Below, piece after piece: positions 26,851 to 41,930 of a DNA stretch of 64,000 nt. The first letter of the stretch is position 1; each line of letters opens with the position of its first letter. The stretch comes from Octopus sinensis (taxonomy: Eukaryota). The translations under genes and the position numbers were made by a program. Below the pieces are notes generated by a model. It made no database searches and was not told the origin of the DNA. It was given only the letters and a program-made list of their open reading frames with translations. The DNA lies in assembly GCF_006345805.1 (NCBI RefSeq), contig NC_043007.1, forward strand, positions 74,524,001 through 74,588,000, written 5' to 3'.

Positions 26851-26989
26851 GAGGCCGACTTCATCTTTTGTCCTTTCAGGGTTGGTGAAATAAATACCAA
26901 TCGAGTATTAAGGGTTGATATAATCAACTAATCACCCTCACTAAATTTCAGGCATTGTGCTTATAGTAGAAAAGATTACTATTATTGTT

Positions 26990-27560
26990 ATTATTATTAT
27001 TTCATGTTTGACTTTTGCTTTACATTTGTACAAGTTGGCTCCAAGTCTCACCCAGAGACCTCAAGAGATAACAAGTTAGAAGTTCATGTTGGTGTTATGC
27101 CTAGGGTGCCATATATTTGGTTTTTGTACACAGCCCTGTTCTAGAGAATGTTTTTATCATGGGGGAGGTCCAAGGCTTTACAAATTACCCAGCGAATATA
27201 CCGTGCTGCTCCATTATGCCTGTTGAGATACTCTGTAGGTGCAAGAAGACTGCACATGGAGACAACTTGATCAATGGTTTCATTTTGTTGTTTATATACG
27301 CAACATGTTGGACTACTGCTGTTTTTTAACATGTTGACCCGGTAGCTTCTTGTAGGTAGGCATTGATCTTGAGCTGCTATAATAAACCCTCCTGTTACTG
27401 AGTTTAAGCCAGAAGACACTAACCAGTGATGGGTAAGGACTTAGTCAACAGCATTATTAGTTTTCTTTGGGTATTTGCCATTGAGAGGTTTTTATTGCCA
27501 TTTATGAGTAAGCATAACTAAAGCAGGAGTTTTAGAAAGGGTTCTCCTGTGCTTAGCTTT
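26990..27560 (-). mobile_element. RLE-type non-LTR retrotransposon 3' fragment (R4/HERO/NeSL-like)
   Basis: GFIIAAQDQCLPTRSY...TCCVYKQQNETIDQVVSMCSLLAPTEYLNRHN is a degenerate CCHC knuckle plus the RHN motif preceding the restriction-like endonuclease. Confidence 0.8.
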
Positions 27561-27730
27561 TTCTGTGCTTGTTTCCATTATGTCTAATCCTGGAATTTGT
27601 CGTATTTGGAAGTCACTTAGATTTATTATTATTGCTGTTGTTGTTGTTGTTGTTATGTTCTTTTATTCTTTTACTAGTTTCAGTCATTGTGTGTGTGTAT
27701 ACATACATGCGTGCGTGCACACACACACAC

Positions 27731-28020
<290 letters not shown>

Positions 28021-28438
28021 ACACACACATGCATGCATGCTCATTATATCAGTATCATCAGTATCAGTTCTTCTTGTGCTCTTTAGCTCTTCTGACGGCA
28101 AGTTGACACCACTGGTTTCTGTTGACTCTACAACCACCCATGTGATTTTGGCTTCTTTGAAATCAGTTATGAATGTTCTTGCTGTTTATGGCTTTTCCCC
28201 TTTTCTTTTTCCCTTCAGTGATGTCCATCTCAAAGCTGTTTTAGAATGGCATCATTCTGGTAGGTGAGGTATATGACCTGCTAGTTTTAGCCTTCATTAT
28301 GGGTTAAAATGGGCAGGGGTAATAAACAAATTAAGCTTCTCATAAAGGAATTATCATAATTTATACACCACTTTTGTTTTTAAATAACATAAATACTAGC
28401 TGAATTCGATTATATATATATATCTATATATATATCTA

Positions 28439-28529
<91 letters not shown>

Positions 28530-29329
28530 ATATATATATATCCCTCTCTCTTTTTTGGAGAGGCACTGAGCAGCTATACGCACACATACACACACGGCAG
28601 TAACTTCCACCTACCGAATTCAATCACGAAGCTCCGGTCGGCTCGGGGCTATAGTGGAAGACACCTGCCCAAAGTGCCACGCGGTGGGACTGAACCCGAA
28701 ACCATGTAGCTAGGAAGCAAGCTCCCTAATCATCATCATCATCATTATCATCGTTTAACGTCCGTTTTCCGCGCTAGCACGGGTTGGACGGTTCGACCGG
28801 GGTCTGGGAAGCCAGGGGCCACTCCAGGCTCCACTCTGATCTGGCAGAGTTTCTACGGCTGGATGCCCTTCCTAACGCCAACCACTCCATGAGTGGAGTG
28901 GGTGCTTTTTACGTGCCACCTGCACAGGGGCCGGGGGGTCCGGCATCGGTCACGATCGGTTCGAGCTTTTAACGTGCCAGCGGCACGGAGGCAACAGGAT
29001 TCGGGGTACTTTGAATGGGTAGGGGTGGGGAAGGTTGGGGGGTAAGGAGGAACGATGGCAGGAAGGGTTGGTGCAGGTTCGTAAGAAATAAAAACGTAGG
29101 ATATTACGAGGCGTGGAGGGGACTGGAAGGAGATAGTAGGATTGAGGCAGTGTCAGATTCAAAACAGGAGGAAGCGTAAGATCAGTGGGCGGTTGATGAG
29201 CTGTGACGCTAACAGCTTGTCTTTTCACAGTGAAAGCATATGAGGAGAAGGGGTAGGAAGGGGTGGTGGGGGAGGAGGAGGGAGTATACGGTGTAGATGG
29301 TGAGAACAGTGTTCACCGGTATTGGTGGT

Positions 29330-29778
<449 letters not shown>

Positions 29779-30284
29779 TAGTTTTTACAATTCCACTATC
29801 ACTGCCACCATTGTTGTAAATAGTTCTATATTATTTCATGTTCTTAGATAATATACTTTTGTTGTTGGTCTTCTTCTTAGAGGTAAAAATTGCCATAAAT
29901 TGTTTACTTCTTCAACATTGGTTTGTAAGCTGAGAAGGCAATGCCACATTACTAAAATTCAAGACTGATTATTATTCAGATTAATACAGACAGTCTTTAA
30001 GAGGATTACCTATTGATAAGAGCTTAAGCAGATTTTTGTGTGTCCTTGTTGATCGGGATTTGTCTCGTAAATATGGCTTTAGTATTGTTAAGAAGATAAC
30101 TGTGAGGTTTGCACAATATATATTTGATCAATAATATAATTGTGAACGACTGTCATGAATATTATTTTATATTTTTAAAATAAAACATTTTCAATTATCG
30201 TTTTAGTAATTTTATAACAGACTTGGATGTAATAAAAGTAACATAACAACACTTTAATGCAAGTAAAATAAGTTCAGTCAGATA

Positions 30285-31685
30285 CACTGTTTCCCACATT
30301 ATTAGGCAAATCAACCTTCTCTCAATAAATAAATGTATGTTCATTCGAAACCAGTTGTTTTCGCACTGACTGTTGGCAACGCCTACCTGTGCACTTTCTG
30401 TTAAAATAAATCAGATCTGCGCAAATGTCAACAAATGGCACCCATTTTTGTGATTGAGCAACATTTTCACCATCACAAATTATTAGGCAAGTATAATAAA
30501 AATTATAACTGAGTCAGAACAAATGTTTATTTAATTCAACAGTAAAGGTTAAGAAAAAAATTATTCATAAAGGACTTAATGGTAAACATAATGATATGTT
30601 CGAATGAAAGTAATCTTGGGATTATGATGTCATACAGCTCCTTATGTTGGACGTATGATCCTCCACATGCAATAATCTCCCTTACACGCTGATCCATTGA
30701 TTTTGTTAAAGTGGTGATGTTTTCTCGTGTTGTGCCTTGAGAAGTATCTACAATAGCATCCCAGAGGGCAACTTTACTTGAAAACTGCTGTCTATCTTGG
30801 TAAATGTGCCTCCTCAGGATACTCCACAGGTTCTCAATCAGGTTTAACCCTTTAGCATTTAAACCGGCCATATCCAGCCAAAAGTATTCTGCTTGTTTTA
30901 TGTTCAAACTGGCCATATCTGGTCTCTCACACCAACCCTACAATATCGTTTTAAAAATCAACAGCTACCTCATCAAATTTTCATAGTTACAAGATAATGC
31001 ATGATTAGTTCAAAACAAAGTGGAGGAAAAAGCATTAACTTTGGCAGAATAATGCGAACACCAAAGGGTTAAGTCAGGGGAACAAGGTGGCCAGTCCATC
31101 AAACCACCTCCGGAGAAGCCTATTTGCTGCCGGTATTCCTTAGAATTCTTCACTGCATGAGACAGGGCATTATCTTGCATTCAGTTGCTTTTTAAACCAT
31201 GCTTGGAAATTGTTTTTTAAGAAGGTAACATATATTTTCGATGTCATCTTAATGCCATCTGGCCCGACCATCATGCCACCATACTTTCCATGGCCTGACC
31301 ATCATACGACCTATGATGCCAGCCCAAAACATGGCTCCACCTCCCCCCTGTTGGTGTCTCAGACGATGAGGATGGTTCCTGCTGATTGATACCCAACCAT
31401 TTTTCTCCAGCCATCTGGTTCATCAAGGGCAGCATGGCATTCAAGCTTTGACACAATGGTAGACTTCTCATTCGAGTTAAGATCACGTTTCTGACCCATA
31501 ACGACACTTAAATTGAGCACCTGCCTAATAATTTGGGACAGCAGAAATGTTGCTGCTACATGTTAATGGTCACCATTTGTTTTTGTCTGTGCAGATCTGA
31601 TTTATTTGCCAACAGTCAGTGGGAAAATAACTGGTTTTGAATGAATATACATTTATTTATTGATTTACCTAATAATGAGGGACAC
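30285..31685 (-). mobile_element. Decayed Tc1-like DNA transposon with long TIRs and a nested TTAA MITE (30844-31072)
   Basis: TA-CACTG start; the TIR aataaataaatgtatgttcattcgaaaccagttgttttcgcactgactgttggcaa is mirrored at ~31605-31665. Minus-strand peptides LDEPDGWRK..QQGGGGAMFWAGII and LNLIENLWSILRRHIY..SMDQRVREIIACGG. Confidence 0.88.
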
Positions 31686-32591
31686 ATCGGTAAAAGAACT
31701 GATAGAATAAGTACCAGGCCTATAAGAAGAGAATAAGCACTGGGATCGATTCATTCGACTAAAAATTATCCAAGGCGGAGCCCCAGCATGGTCGCTGTCT
31801 AATGACTGAAACCGATGAAAGATAAAAGATAACTGTTAATAAGCACCTGGTCCTTCCACTAGCAATCCGCCATCACCTACCAATGTTTAAGCTTGTAAAT
31901 TAGTTTCGAGAACAACTATGGATGTTTAACCTAGTTAATATTATATATCCACACGTGAATGCTCAGCCTTTGATCTGCATGTGACTTTGACTACCAACCA
32001 ACATTTTCTACCTACAACTGTAAGGTCAAGTAATACTGATTTAGTACGATTTCAAGTCTATGATCAATTTTTTAAAAATGAAAGAATGAGCGCAGTTAAC
32101 AAGCTTGCTTTGCTACCATGTGGTTTTGAGTTCAGTTCCACTGCACAGCATTTTGGGTATCTTCTACTATAGCCCTAGGTTGGCCAATGCCTTGTGAGTA
32201 AGTGTCATCGATAGAGTCTGCACAGAATCTCATAATATATACAACGAGCAAAACGCCCCCCACTAGACGGTGCTGAGTTGTCAAACATTTAAACCAAATT
32301 TTCTCAAAACAACTTGTCTGTCAACCTGTACATAACTGCACCTTCCATTTTTTATTGTTTTTGTACTGCTTAAAGGCACGTTTCTTTCCTGCCAAGCTTA
32401 CTGTTTAAACCATGTTTGTGTTCTCCCAGTCAGCAGCCGTATCATTACTGGTACTTTAAACTCTTCGGTTGCATATTTGAGTGAATAAAATCGTTTTTCT
32501 TTGGAATAGAAAAAAGTCTATCTTTATTTCTTCTTTTGCTGGTGTCTCAAATTTAGGTTAAACCACTGGTCATTTCCCCAACTTTATAATA

Positions 32592-32631
<40 letters not shown>

Positions 32632-33446
32632 TATTATTATTATTATTATTATTATTATTGAGTGAGAGCAATGCATACCATGAAAGTGACACTGGGGTAG
32701 AAATATACGAAGCCCAATATACCTACTCAGTACCGTCTAGTGGGGGGCGTTTTGCTCGTTGTATATATTATGAGATTCTGTGCAGACTCTATCGATGACA
32801 CTTACTCACAAGGCGTTGGCCAACCTAGAGCTATAGTAGAAGATACCCAAAATGCTGTGCAGTGGAACTGAACTCGAAACCACATGGTAGCAAAGCAAGC
32901 TTGTTAACTGCGCCCAGTTAGAATTTTCTTCAGGTTGGGTAGCCCATCACACTTAAAAGGTCCCTGAATAAGGGTTGTGTGAGGGGGATGAATGAAACAC
33001 CCATGTTTCCAAATGTGGATTATTCAAACTCCAAACAGTTCCTCCCAACACACGGCTATGATGCTCCTCCACTATTTCTGCTTGATCAGAGATTCATATA
33101 TTGTCAGCCACCAAGGGACATGCCCAGCTAGTTATGGTCAAACAACTAGCAAGCAAATCTGTGGTATTGAGCAGAATATTTGTTGTAGCCCATATTTTTA
33201 TACCAAGACAAAATAGCACATGATAACACTTCCAATCAGCTAAGATCAGAAGGCATGAGAGCTAGTGCCTGGTACTGCATCGGGGCATTCATTAATTGGG
33301 GAATTTAATTGTTTGAATTCTATTGTTAATTGTTTGTTTATTTATCGTTTACATGCATCGTCTTAACCCCACCATCTCTTATCTGTTTTGTGTAATGTCC
33401 TTTTGATTTTTATGTAGGCCCTTGTGGCTAATAAAGATATTATTAC

Positions 33447-33501
<55 letters not shown>

Positions 33502-33799
33502 GTTGCCAGCCTCGCCTGGCCCCCGTGCCGGTGGCACGTAAAAGCACCATTCGTTCATGTCCGTTGCCAGTTCCGTCTGGCACCTGTGCGGGTAGCACGT
33601 AAAAAGCACTCACTACACTCACGGAGTGGTTGGCGTTAGGAAGGGCATCCAGCTGTAGAAACACTGCCAGATCAGACTGGGCCTGATGCAGCCTTCTGGC
33701 TTCACAGACCCCAGTTGAACCGTCCAACCCATGCTAGCATGGAAAGCGGATGCTAAATGATGACGATGATGATTATTATTATTATTATTTCTATTCACT

Positions 33800-34460
33800 T
33801 TTCAGAGCTCTTGATTTCACTTGCTCCGTCTATTTCAGTAAGATTGGAAAACAACCTGTTTTCAAGGATCTCACAGGGTCTCTTTCCACGATACTTAACA
33901 TACAAGTGTCAATCTCAAAATCATTGTTCTCCTCAATACAGCAGCTTTTTGAACATGTTCTACCCTTACGTCAATTTCTCCAATATATTTTTCTGGTTGT
34001 TAGTGCTTCCAGTACCCTGACAACAACTGGAATGACAGTTACTTTCTTCATTGCTCAGATTCGTGCCATCTCATCTTTTAGTGGCTTGTACTTTTCAATC
34101 TTTTTTAGTTCTTTGTTATTCACTCATACATCCCCAGGTATAGCAATGTCTGTGGTCTTTGTTTCCTTTATCATTTTGTCAGCTACAATGATGTCTGGTC
34201 TCCGAGCATCAATCACTGAACCATACTGGATTGTAAAATCCCACAAGATCTTATACTCATTGTTTATGATGACTCTTTCTGGTTTATACCATTTCAATGT
34301 CATTTCAAGATCCCACTTCTCACATAATCTCCAATGGACACACGATTATCATGCCTCATTTTGTATTATTTTTGGGCCAATTTGCTACATTAACCCACAA
34401 TACATGAGACTGTTTTACTTTTGCTGCCACACACACTACAAAGAAGCGATTTACTACTTT
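33800..34460 (-). mobile_element. RLE-type non-LTR retrotransposon C-terminal fragment
   Basis: Minus-strand CSVCGSKSKTV..RHD..YKILWDFTIQ..DARRPDIIVADK..TDIAIPGD..KELKKIEKYKPL (PD-D..D..K endonuclease), with stops. Confidence 0.88.
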
Positions 34461-34480
34461 TATCTATTTGGAACATGGTG

Positions 34481-34520
<40 letters not shown>

Positions 34521-35029
34521 CCTACAGTGTACCTAAGTACATCTTAATGCATGGGCACATTTGATAGTTATCCGGGTGCTTCACGGGTCAAGGACCCAAT
34601 TCTCATTTATGTATTGTTTCTAAGAAACACTATGGTACCCAGTTGATTTGCCCGGTGGTGGTAGGGCTATAATGCTGCTAAGACGACCCTGTACCCCTTA
34701 AGTACCATTTGAGTATACTGTAAAGTACTGTTTGAGAACCGCTATCCTTATATATTTGGCAAGTATCAACATTTGAATTACAGATTTCTTCAATTTCTTC
34801 TCTTACGTCTAGTTTTCCATTGAAAAGAAATGGCATTCCTATGTCACCAATGCATGCTGACGTTATGCTGTCCAACAAAACGGTATTCCAGGTAAGACAT
34901 TATCGACTTTTCTTATTCAATTCTTATTTCAACATGTAGCTTGCACGTTTTTATTACAACCTACTTTCCAGAGACTCTTAATGCAATGTGAAATTCCTAC
35001 ATTGAGCTGTCAAGATAAGTCGTATATAC

Positions 35030-35420
35030 ACTTTTACTTGTTTCAGTCATTTGACTATGGCCATGCTGGAGCACCGCCTTTAGTCGAGCAAATGGACCCC
35101 AGGACTTATTCTTTGTAAGCCTAGTACTTATTCTATCGGTCGCTTTTGCCGAACCGCTAAGTTACGGGGACGTAAACACACCAGCATCGGTTGTCAAGCG
35201 ATGTTGGGGGGACAAACACAGGCACATAAACATATACACACGCACATACATATATATATATAAACGACGGGCATCTTTCAGTTTCCGTCTACCAAATCTA
35301 CTCACAAGGCCCGAGATTATAGGAGAAGACACTTGCCCAAGGTGCTACGCAGTGGGACTGAACCCAGAAATATGTGGTTGGTAAACAAGCTACTTACCAC
35401 ACAGTCATTCCTACGCCTAT
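35030..35420 (-). mobile_element. SINE family A
   Basis: Reverse complement of the family A consensus. Confidence 0.8.
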
Positions 35421-35649
35421 ATGTTAATAATAAACTGTAATTTAACCACAAGACCAGCAATTTTGAGAGTCGGTGGTTTAGTTGATGCGATCGACCACAG
35501 TGCTTGTTGCTAAGGATTTTTTAAATCATGGGGCTCACGTCCAAAAGCAACCCCTCCGGTCATCCTTTATTTCACAAACCATCACAAATTGCTGATATTT
35601 CCTATTCTGCCAAGTGTATTTTACTGAGAGCAATAATATTAAAACGAGT

Positions 35650-36060
35650 GGATCTTTTCGGTTTGAACGACAGTTTTTTAAAATAATTTCCACGTAACTA
35701 AACATTTAAAACTTCGTATACTGGTAGAATGTGTTTATAAAACATCTTTTTCTCTTGGCTTTATTGAGAAAATTCTATGGTTTGTAAGATATTTGTTGTT
35801 TTTTTTTCTTCAATTTCTGAAAATTCTACCAATCAATGACGTCTATTGAGGTAAAAAAACATTCCGTACCTTATGAAAATGTCCCTCGTTTAAGAAACAG
35901 ATTGGGTTTATTTACATTTGTGAAGAAAAAAAGATACCCTTTCCCCCACCCCTAACTCTAAAACATTGAAATGCAATAGATCGATACTAGGGTCATAATT
36001 ATGGGTGACAATTTCATATGACACCGCTAGAAAAAACTGCCGTTCAAACCGAAAAGATCC
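35650..36060. mobile_element. MITE with GGATCTTTTCGGTTTGAAC TIRs and a degenerate 8-bp TSD
   Basis: Same element as 62215-62654; flanks aaacgagt / aaacgaac. Confidence 0.8.
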
Positions 36061-37328
36061 AAACGAACTACTTCTCTAATTACCACTTGTTCCAGAAAAA
36101 CGTGATCAAACTTGTTTTAGTTGTTTTTGACTTTTTTGGGCTCGATTTACCTAGCGCTTGAATAAAATATACGTTGTAAATGACGTCTTTGTTCTTGTTT
36201 TGGTTGTATTTTTGTGGAAATGAACTTGCGTCCAAGTACGACCTCTTTTTAGACACGGTGGCACTTCTTAAAAAACGTGAAGTGCAGCAGCATGGTTGAT
36301 CGAAGAAACACGATGAATACTTTCTATGCTACACCTATCGTATATCTTTCCAAGCAGCAGAACTAGAGAAGAGGCGGTATTTCATCGTCTGATAACCCAA
36401 CAACCGCAACGACCACCTTTGAAAAGTTGTTTGTTTATGGTCTAAGAAGTTCATGCTCATACAAAGCACCACATGTCTTCTCGACGCCACAGCAACCCAA
36501 AGACGGTCGTATATCATGCCGAAGTGACGCCAACGGACCTCAGCGGGCAGTCAAACGTGTAGCAGTAATTGAGCGCGACAGAAGATCCTTTCAGGACTAG
36601 GTTTAACACTCATAATCCTTGTTTGATATTCAAGAAAGACGTAATGTCACAGCCCAGGCTAGGCATATATGGTCGTTGAAATAAAGTGACACGGATTACA
36701 AGTGGAGAACACATAGCGAAGTGCAAGCTTTATTTTGACAATAGAAGGAAGTGCAGGCTAAGTTTAGCCGAAAAAAGAAGTATCTTTAACAATTCTCTTT
36801 TCCAGGATATCCACATAAGCTGCAGGTGCAAAATATTTTGCTCGTCCCCAAAGCAGAAACGAAACGTGATCGCTTAGCTACGGGTTTCACCATAATTATA
36901 AACGTTAGGACCACGTGAACGAGGTCCTAGCGTTTACGCCCGTGGATAAATGTGAAATTCTTCGAGTTTCTTATGCGAAATCTGTGATGAGTCCGAGTGA
37001 CCCTGATGACTTGGAGTCGCCTCTGATATATATATATATTATATATATGCCATACGTGTTACAGGAACTGAAGAATATCACGTCATCTAGTATATAATGG
37101 TCATGTGATAATAATTTTCATTATATTTGGAATTGTTTCAATAGTACAATAATTAGTAACTTATTTAGAATTGGCTATTATAATGATGACCATTCAAAGC
37201 TGATTAGAAATATTTCTTGGGTCGACTCCAACCATTACGGAGCAATTGCCAAAAATGTTGAAAATAATTAAAAATGTATTTCCATATTATTGTAACCGTA
37301 TCTACCTAAACACATGAACATATAGAAA

Positions 37329-37562
37329 ATGCCGGGGAAGAAAGCTATTGGCGTTGGAATCTCCGAAGAAACGAAAAATGTTTCACTATTTGCTGTTTTA
37401 ATGGAAAAGATAATTCTGGTCGGGTTGTATATGGGTTTTGTCGCATCACTCGCTGTCGTTTTGGCTGGTTATTACATTTTCTTTTGGGATCCAGTTCGTG
37501 GTAATTACAGTAAGCATCGAACCTACGCCTCTAATTTACCTTCTTTGACGCATCCTTTATAA
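37329..37562 (+). CDS. inaF: InaF-motif small membrane protein 2 (77 aa)
   Basis: aaaATG start; ...MEKIILVGLYMGFVASLAVVLAGYYIFFWDPVRGNYSKHRTY...; motif VGLY-x13-YYIFFWDP; stop TAA is directly followed by G|GTAAGA (donor at 37564). Confidence 0.85.
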   Translation: MPGKKAIGVGISEETKNVSLFAVLMEKIILVGLYMGFVASLAVVLAGYYIFFWDPVRGNYSKHRTYASNLPSLTHPL

Positions 37563-38271
37563 GGTAAGAAGAATGTTTTAAATTTCTCTAAAGAAAAACT
37601 TCTCATTTGGCTTTTTAATCCCAATGGAGAATAGGCCATCGACGACATTTTTTCCCCACTATTCTTGTCTCTGAGTTGTTTATTTATTGAGGTGTTGTCC
37701 ATCGCTGAAGTAAGGCTTTCTTCTCCCAGGTCTTGCTGACTTTGAATTGGTCAGAAGTCAGCAAAAATACATTTAAATAATGGCATTTAAAAAAAATAAT
37801 TTATCACTGAAGTTCGGTGGTTTTAAATCACAAAAGTCAATTTTACTTGTCAGAGTTTTGTTGGATCAATAGAAGTACCAGTTTTGTACTTGGTTTTTTA
37901 AAATTAACTATGTATTTTTCTTACAAAACTTGACCCATTTTTAATCAAAAGAAATCTAATTTTCACTTTTCCATTTGTTTGAATAACATTGATACTTCAT
38001 ACTTACACAAAGCCTTCGCTTCCTATGAAGCGTATCCATCAACGACTCTCTACTCTCAAGTCTGGCCTGTTTTTTCCTCTCCCAGATTGTGTTGGTTTTC
38101 AATTGTCATCAATGCTTCTGTAACTTTGCTTTTTTCTAGATAGGGACGTTGACTCTACACAAACCTATTTTTACCTCTGGTAAAAGGTGGCTCATATTAG
38201 TCTGGCCCTTATCCTTTCAGCTGTTCACCAATATATACATATACATGCATACATACATATGTGTGTGTGTA

Positions 38272-38327
<56 letters not shown>

Positions 38328-38357
38328 TGTGTGTGTGTGTAAAGCATTAAAATAAAA

Positions 38358-38625
38358 AAACATGCAACATTCCTGTCAAACATGATATGGGCATTAAAAG
38401 AAGGTAGAACAAGCAATCCCCAGATAGAACAGAAAATTATTGCTAAGGCCAAAAAATACAGAGAATGGGGCACCAAATGTGAACTCTGCATTACTGAAAA
38501 ACTAAACATTTATTCAATCAACAGATAACATCCTAAACATTGGGGATGAAACCTTCTCTCCCTGCATGCACAAGCAGTATTTTACTCTCAAATTCTTCAA
38601 AGAGCCACATCTGCGACGGTAATCC
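38358..38625 (+). mobile_element. Penelope-like element C-terminal (GIY-YIG region) remnant
   Basis: KHATFLSNMIWALKEG..IIAKAKKY..KCELCITEKLNIL then, after a frameshift, DNILNIGDETFSPCMHK; matches the PLE pattern T-LS-IW-LK..C-LC-EK..LN..C-H. Confidence 0.75.
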
Positions 38626-39087
38626 TACCAGGATATCCCCTTTCCTGAATGTGGAATCTGAACACACATAGGACACAAACTCCGCACACAGAAGAGATAT
38701 ACCCCAGTGACGAACTACCTAAGCTCACAAGTATAAGAACACTACACCCAGAACAAAAACAAAATAATGCAAATTGACCACACAAGAGTTTGCTCAAAAG
38801 GCAAATCCAAGGGAGACAAACATTCAAAAGATGCCACCCAGTGTAACGCCCCTTAATTCATTGTTTTATTCGCGAAGTTTCACGAGAATCTCCGCGAACT
38901 AAACGAAGTTGTGTTTTCCAAACTGGAGGCGAACACCTGTCTCCATTTGATCGGTTTGAAAATTTTCTAAGACACTAGGATATTTTCTTACTTTTCTTAA
39001 CATGAAACGAATGGTAGCCTTAATTCACAAATAAAGAATATATATTCACAAATAAAGAAATTATATCACAAATAAAAAAAATTATAT

Positions 39088-39320
39088 TAAGGCGGTGAGC
39101 TGGCAGAAACGTTAGCACGCCGGACGAAATGCATAGCCGTATTTCGTCTGCCGCTACGTTCTGAGTTCAAATTCTGCCGAGGTCGACTTTGCCTTTCATC
39201 CTTTCGAGGTCGATAAATTAAGTACCAGTTACGCACTGGGGTCGATATAATTGACTTAATCCTTTTGTCTGCCCTTGTTTGTCCTCACTATGTTTACCCC
39301 CTTGTGGGCAATAAAGAAAT
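39088..39320 (+). mobile_element. SINE family B, well preserved with CpGs intact
   Basis: ggcggtgagctggcagaaacgttagcacgccgg...gaggtcgactttgcctttcatcctttcgaggtcgataaattaagtaccag...aataaagaaat. Confidence 0.85.
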
Positions 39321-39904
39321 TATATCCACCAATGCGGTGTTGAACACTCATTTTCATCGTTCGACATTTACATATATATCTATACGAGCAAACGCACCCA
39401 CTCTTTGGATGGTTTAAGATATATTTAAATAATAGATCAAAAAATGTGAAAACAACAAAATAATATTCTGTAATGCAAATATGCGACCATGTAGATTTAA
39501 AAAATATGGAAAACAGTCGAAATATATAAATAGACAAAATCCTTTCACTTTTATAGTATTCTCTAATCAAGACCCTCAAACAATATACACCAATACACAT
39601 ATAAAAAATATAGAAAGTAATAATTCACAATTACAACATATAAATAAATAATTTAAAAGATAGGAAAACCACTAAAAAATATTCTCTAATGCCAATATAC
39701 GACCATATAGATTCAAAAAGTATGGAAGACCCTACGTACAAAAAAACTATGTACATACAACGAATTAAAGAAAAACCCGTGTTAATCACCGATTTTCTTG
39801 GTTTGTCCATTTACGCGGGAGCTCTGAGCAAAATGTTATTCTTTCTCTTAGTGGAAGCAACACACTTATTTAAAGGTTGATTCTTTGGCACAAATCATAT
39901 GTGA

Positions 39905-40139
39905 TTTACTCTTTTACTCTCTCTCTCTTTTACTTGTTTCAATCATTTGACTGCGGCCATGCTGGAGCACCGCCTTTAGTCGAGCAAATCGACCCCAGGA
40001 CTTATTCTTTGTAAGCCCAGTACTTATTCTATCGGTCTCTTTTGCCAAACCGCTAAGTGATAGGGACGTAAACACACCAGCATCGTTTGTTAGCAATGCT
40101 AGGGGGACAAACACAGACACACAAACATATACACACACA

Positions 40140-40214
<75 letters not shown>

Positions 40215-40390
40215 ATACACATATATACGACAGGCTTCTTTCAGTTTCCGTCTACCAAATCCACTCACAAGGCATTGGTCGGCCCGGGGCTATAGCAGAA
40301 GACACTTGCCCAAGATGCCACGCAGTGGGACTGAACCCGGAACCATGTGGCTGGTTAGCAAGCTACTTACCACACAGCCACTCCTGCGCG
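39905..40390 (-). mobile_element. SINE family A, full length
   Basis: Reverse complement of the family A consensus. Confidence 0.85.
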
Positions 40391-41431
40391 TTTAAGAAAA
40401 GGCTAGAACGACAATGCTAAAACGTATTTGAAACAATGGACAACAGTCGAAATATCATAAAGGACGGGTAAATAAGCATCCTTAAAGTGAAACAACGCAA
40501 TGGAAAAGAGGGAAGGGAACATCACCTTTCAGGTGACTCAGAATAGGTAAAGGTAAACTTGCCAAAGTTTAAAGCAGCTTAAATATGGAGATTAAGATTA
40601 AGATTGTTTGGTATTGGATATTCGTCATGTACAGTGTTCCTAGTTAATTTAACCACTGTGGCAGGTGGACGGTCGAAATAAATGGACAAAATCCTTTCAC
40701 TTTTATAAAAAGATTAAAAATGTATGGAAGATCTTACATAGAAAAAACTATGTCCATTTAGGTCCATTTACGCGGGAACTGGGCAAAATATGGTGCATAA
40801 CATCCTTGGGACATAAGTAATGTGTGTGCAAAGTTTGGTGAAAATCAGTTGAGAATCGTGGAAATGTATGCGCTAGTCATTATACACACATATACTGTGT
40901 GTGTATAATATATATATATAAGCGCAGGTGTGGCTGTGTTGTGAGAAATTTGAAAGAGCGAGAGAAGGAGAGAGCGAGAGAGGGAGAGAGAGATAGGAAG
41001 AGACAGAGAGACAGACAGACAGAGACAGAAACAGAAAGACAGAGAGGCGGGGAGAGAGGAAGACCTAGAAAGAAAAACAGTGAGAGAGAAAAAGGAATTC
41101 GTGCATGATAACGAAATGTGTGTATGTGGGGAGGCGATTGTGACCGAGGAAAAAAGATGGAGTCGGATTTTGACTGAGACAAAAAGGAAGTAACTACATA
41201 TATATAGGGCAGATGGGGGCAATTTAATAATGAAGTGCTCTGTGAAGGTAAAGGCGTAAGAGTAAGCAAGCGAAGAAGGGGAGCTACTCAAATATACGGG
41301 AAAGAGAAGCACATGGAAAAGCAACACACGATCCAATGCTGGTTAACTCCATTGAGACGAAGTTCTTAGTTATAGAGAAATCGCTTGTCTTCGAACTCGA
41401 GAAAGAAGACGAAGGTATCACAAGAAGTAAT

Positions 41432-41930
<499 letters not shown>

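Noticed and set aside
29010-29285. G-rich tracts with G-quadruplex potential
   Set aside because: Within a probable retroelement remnant; nothing suggests a locus-specific function
33750-34547. Longest ORF in the track (265 aa, hydrophobic-looking)
   Set aside because: It is the antisense shadow of the minus-strand RLE-LINE endonuclease remnant and starts and ends in microsatellites
36060-36900. CpG-richer unique block as a possible gene
   Set aside because: Only short ORFs without motifs; may be a promoter or a decayed TE and cannot be called from sequence alone
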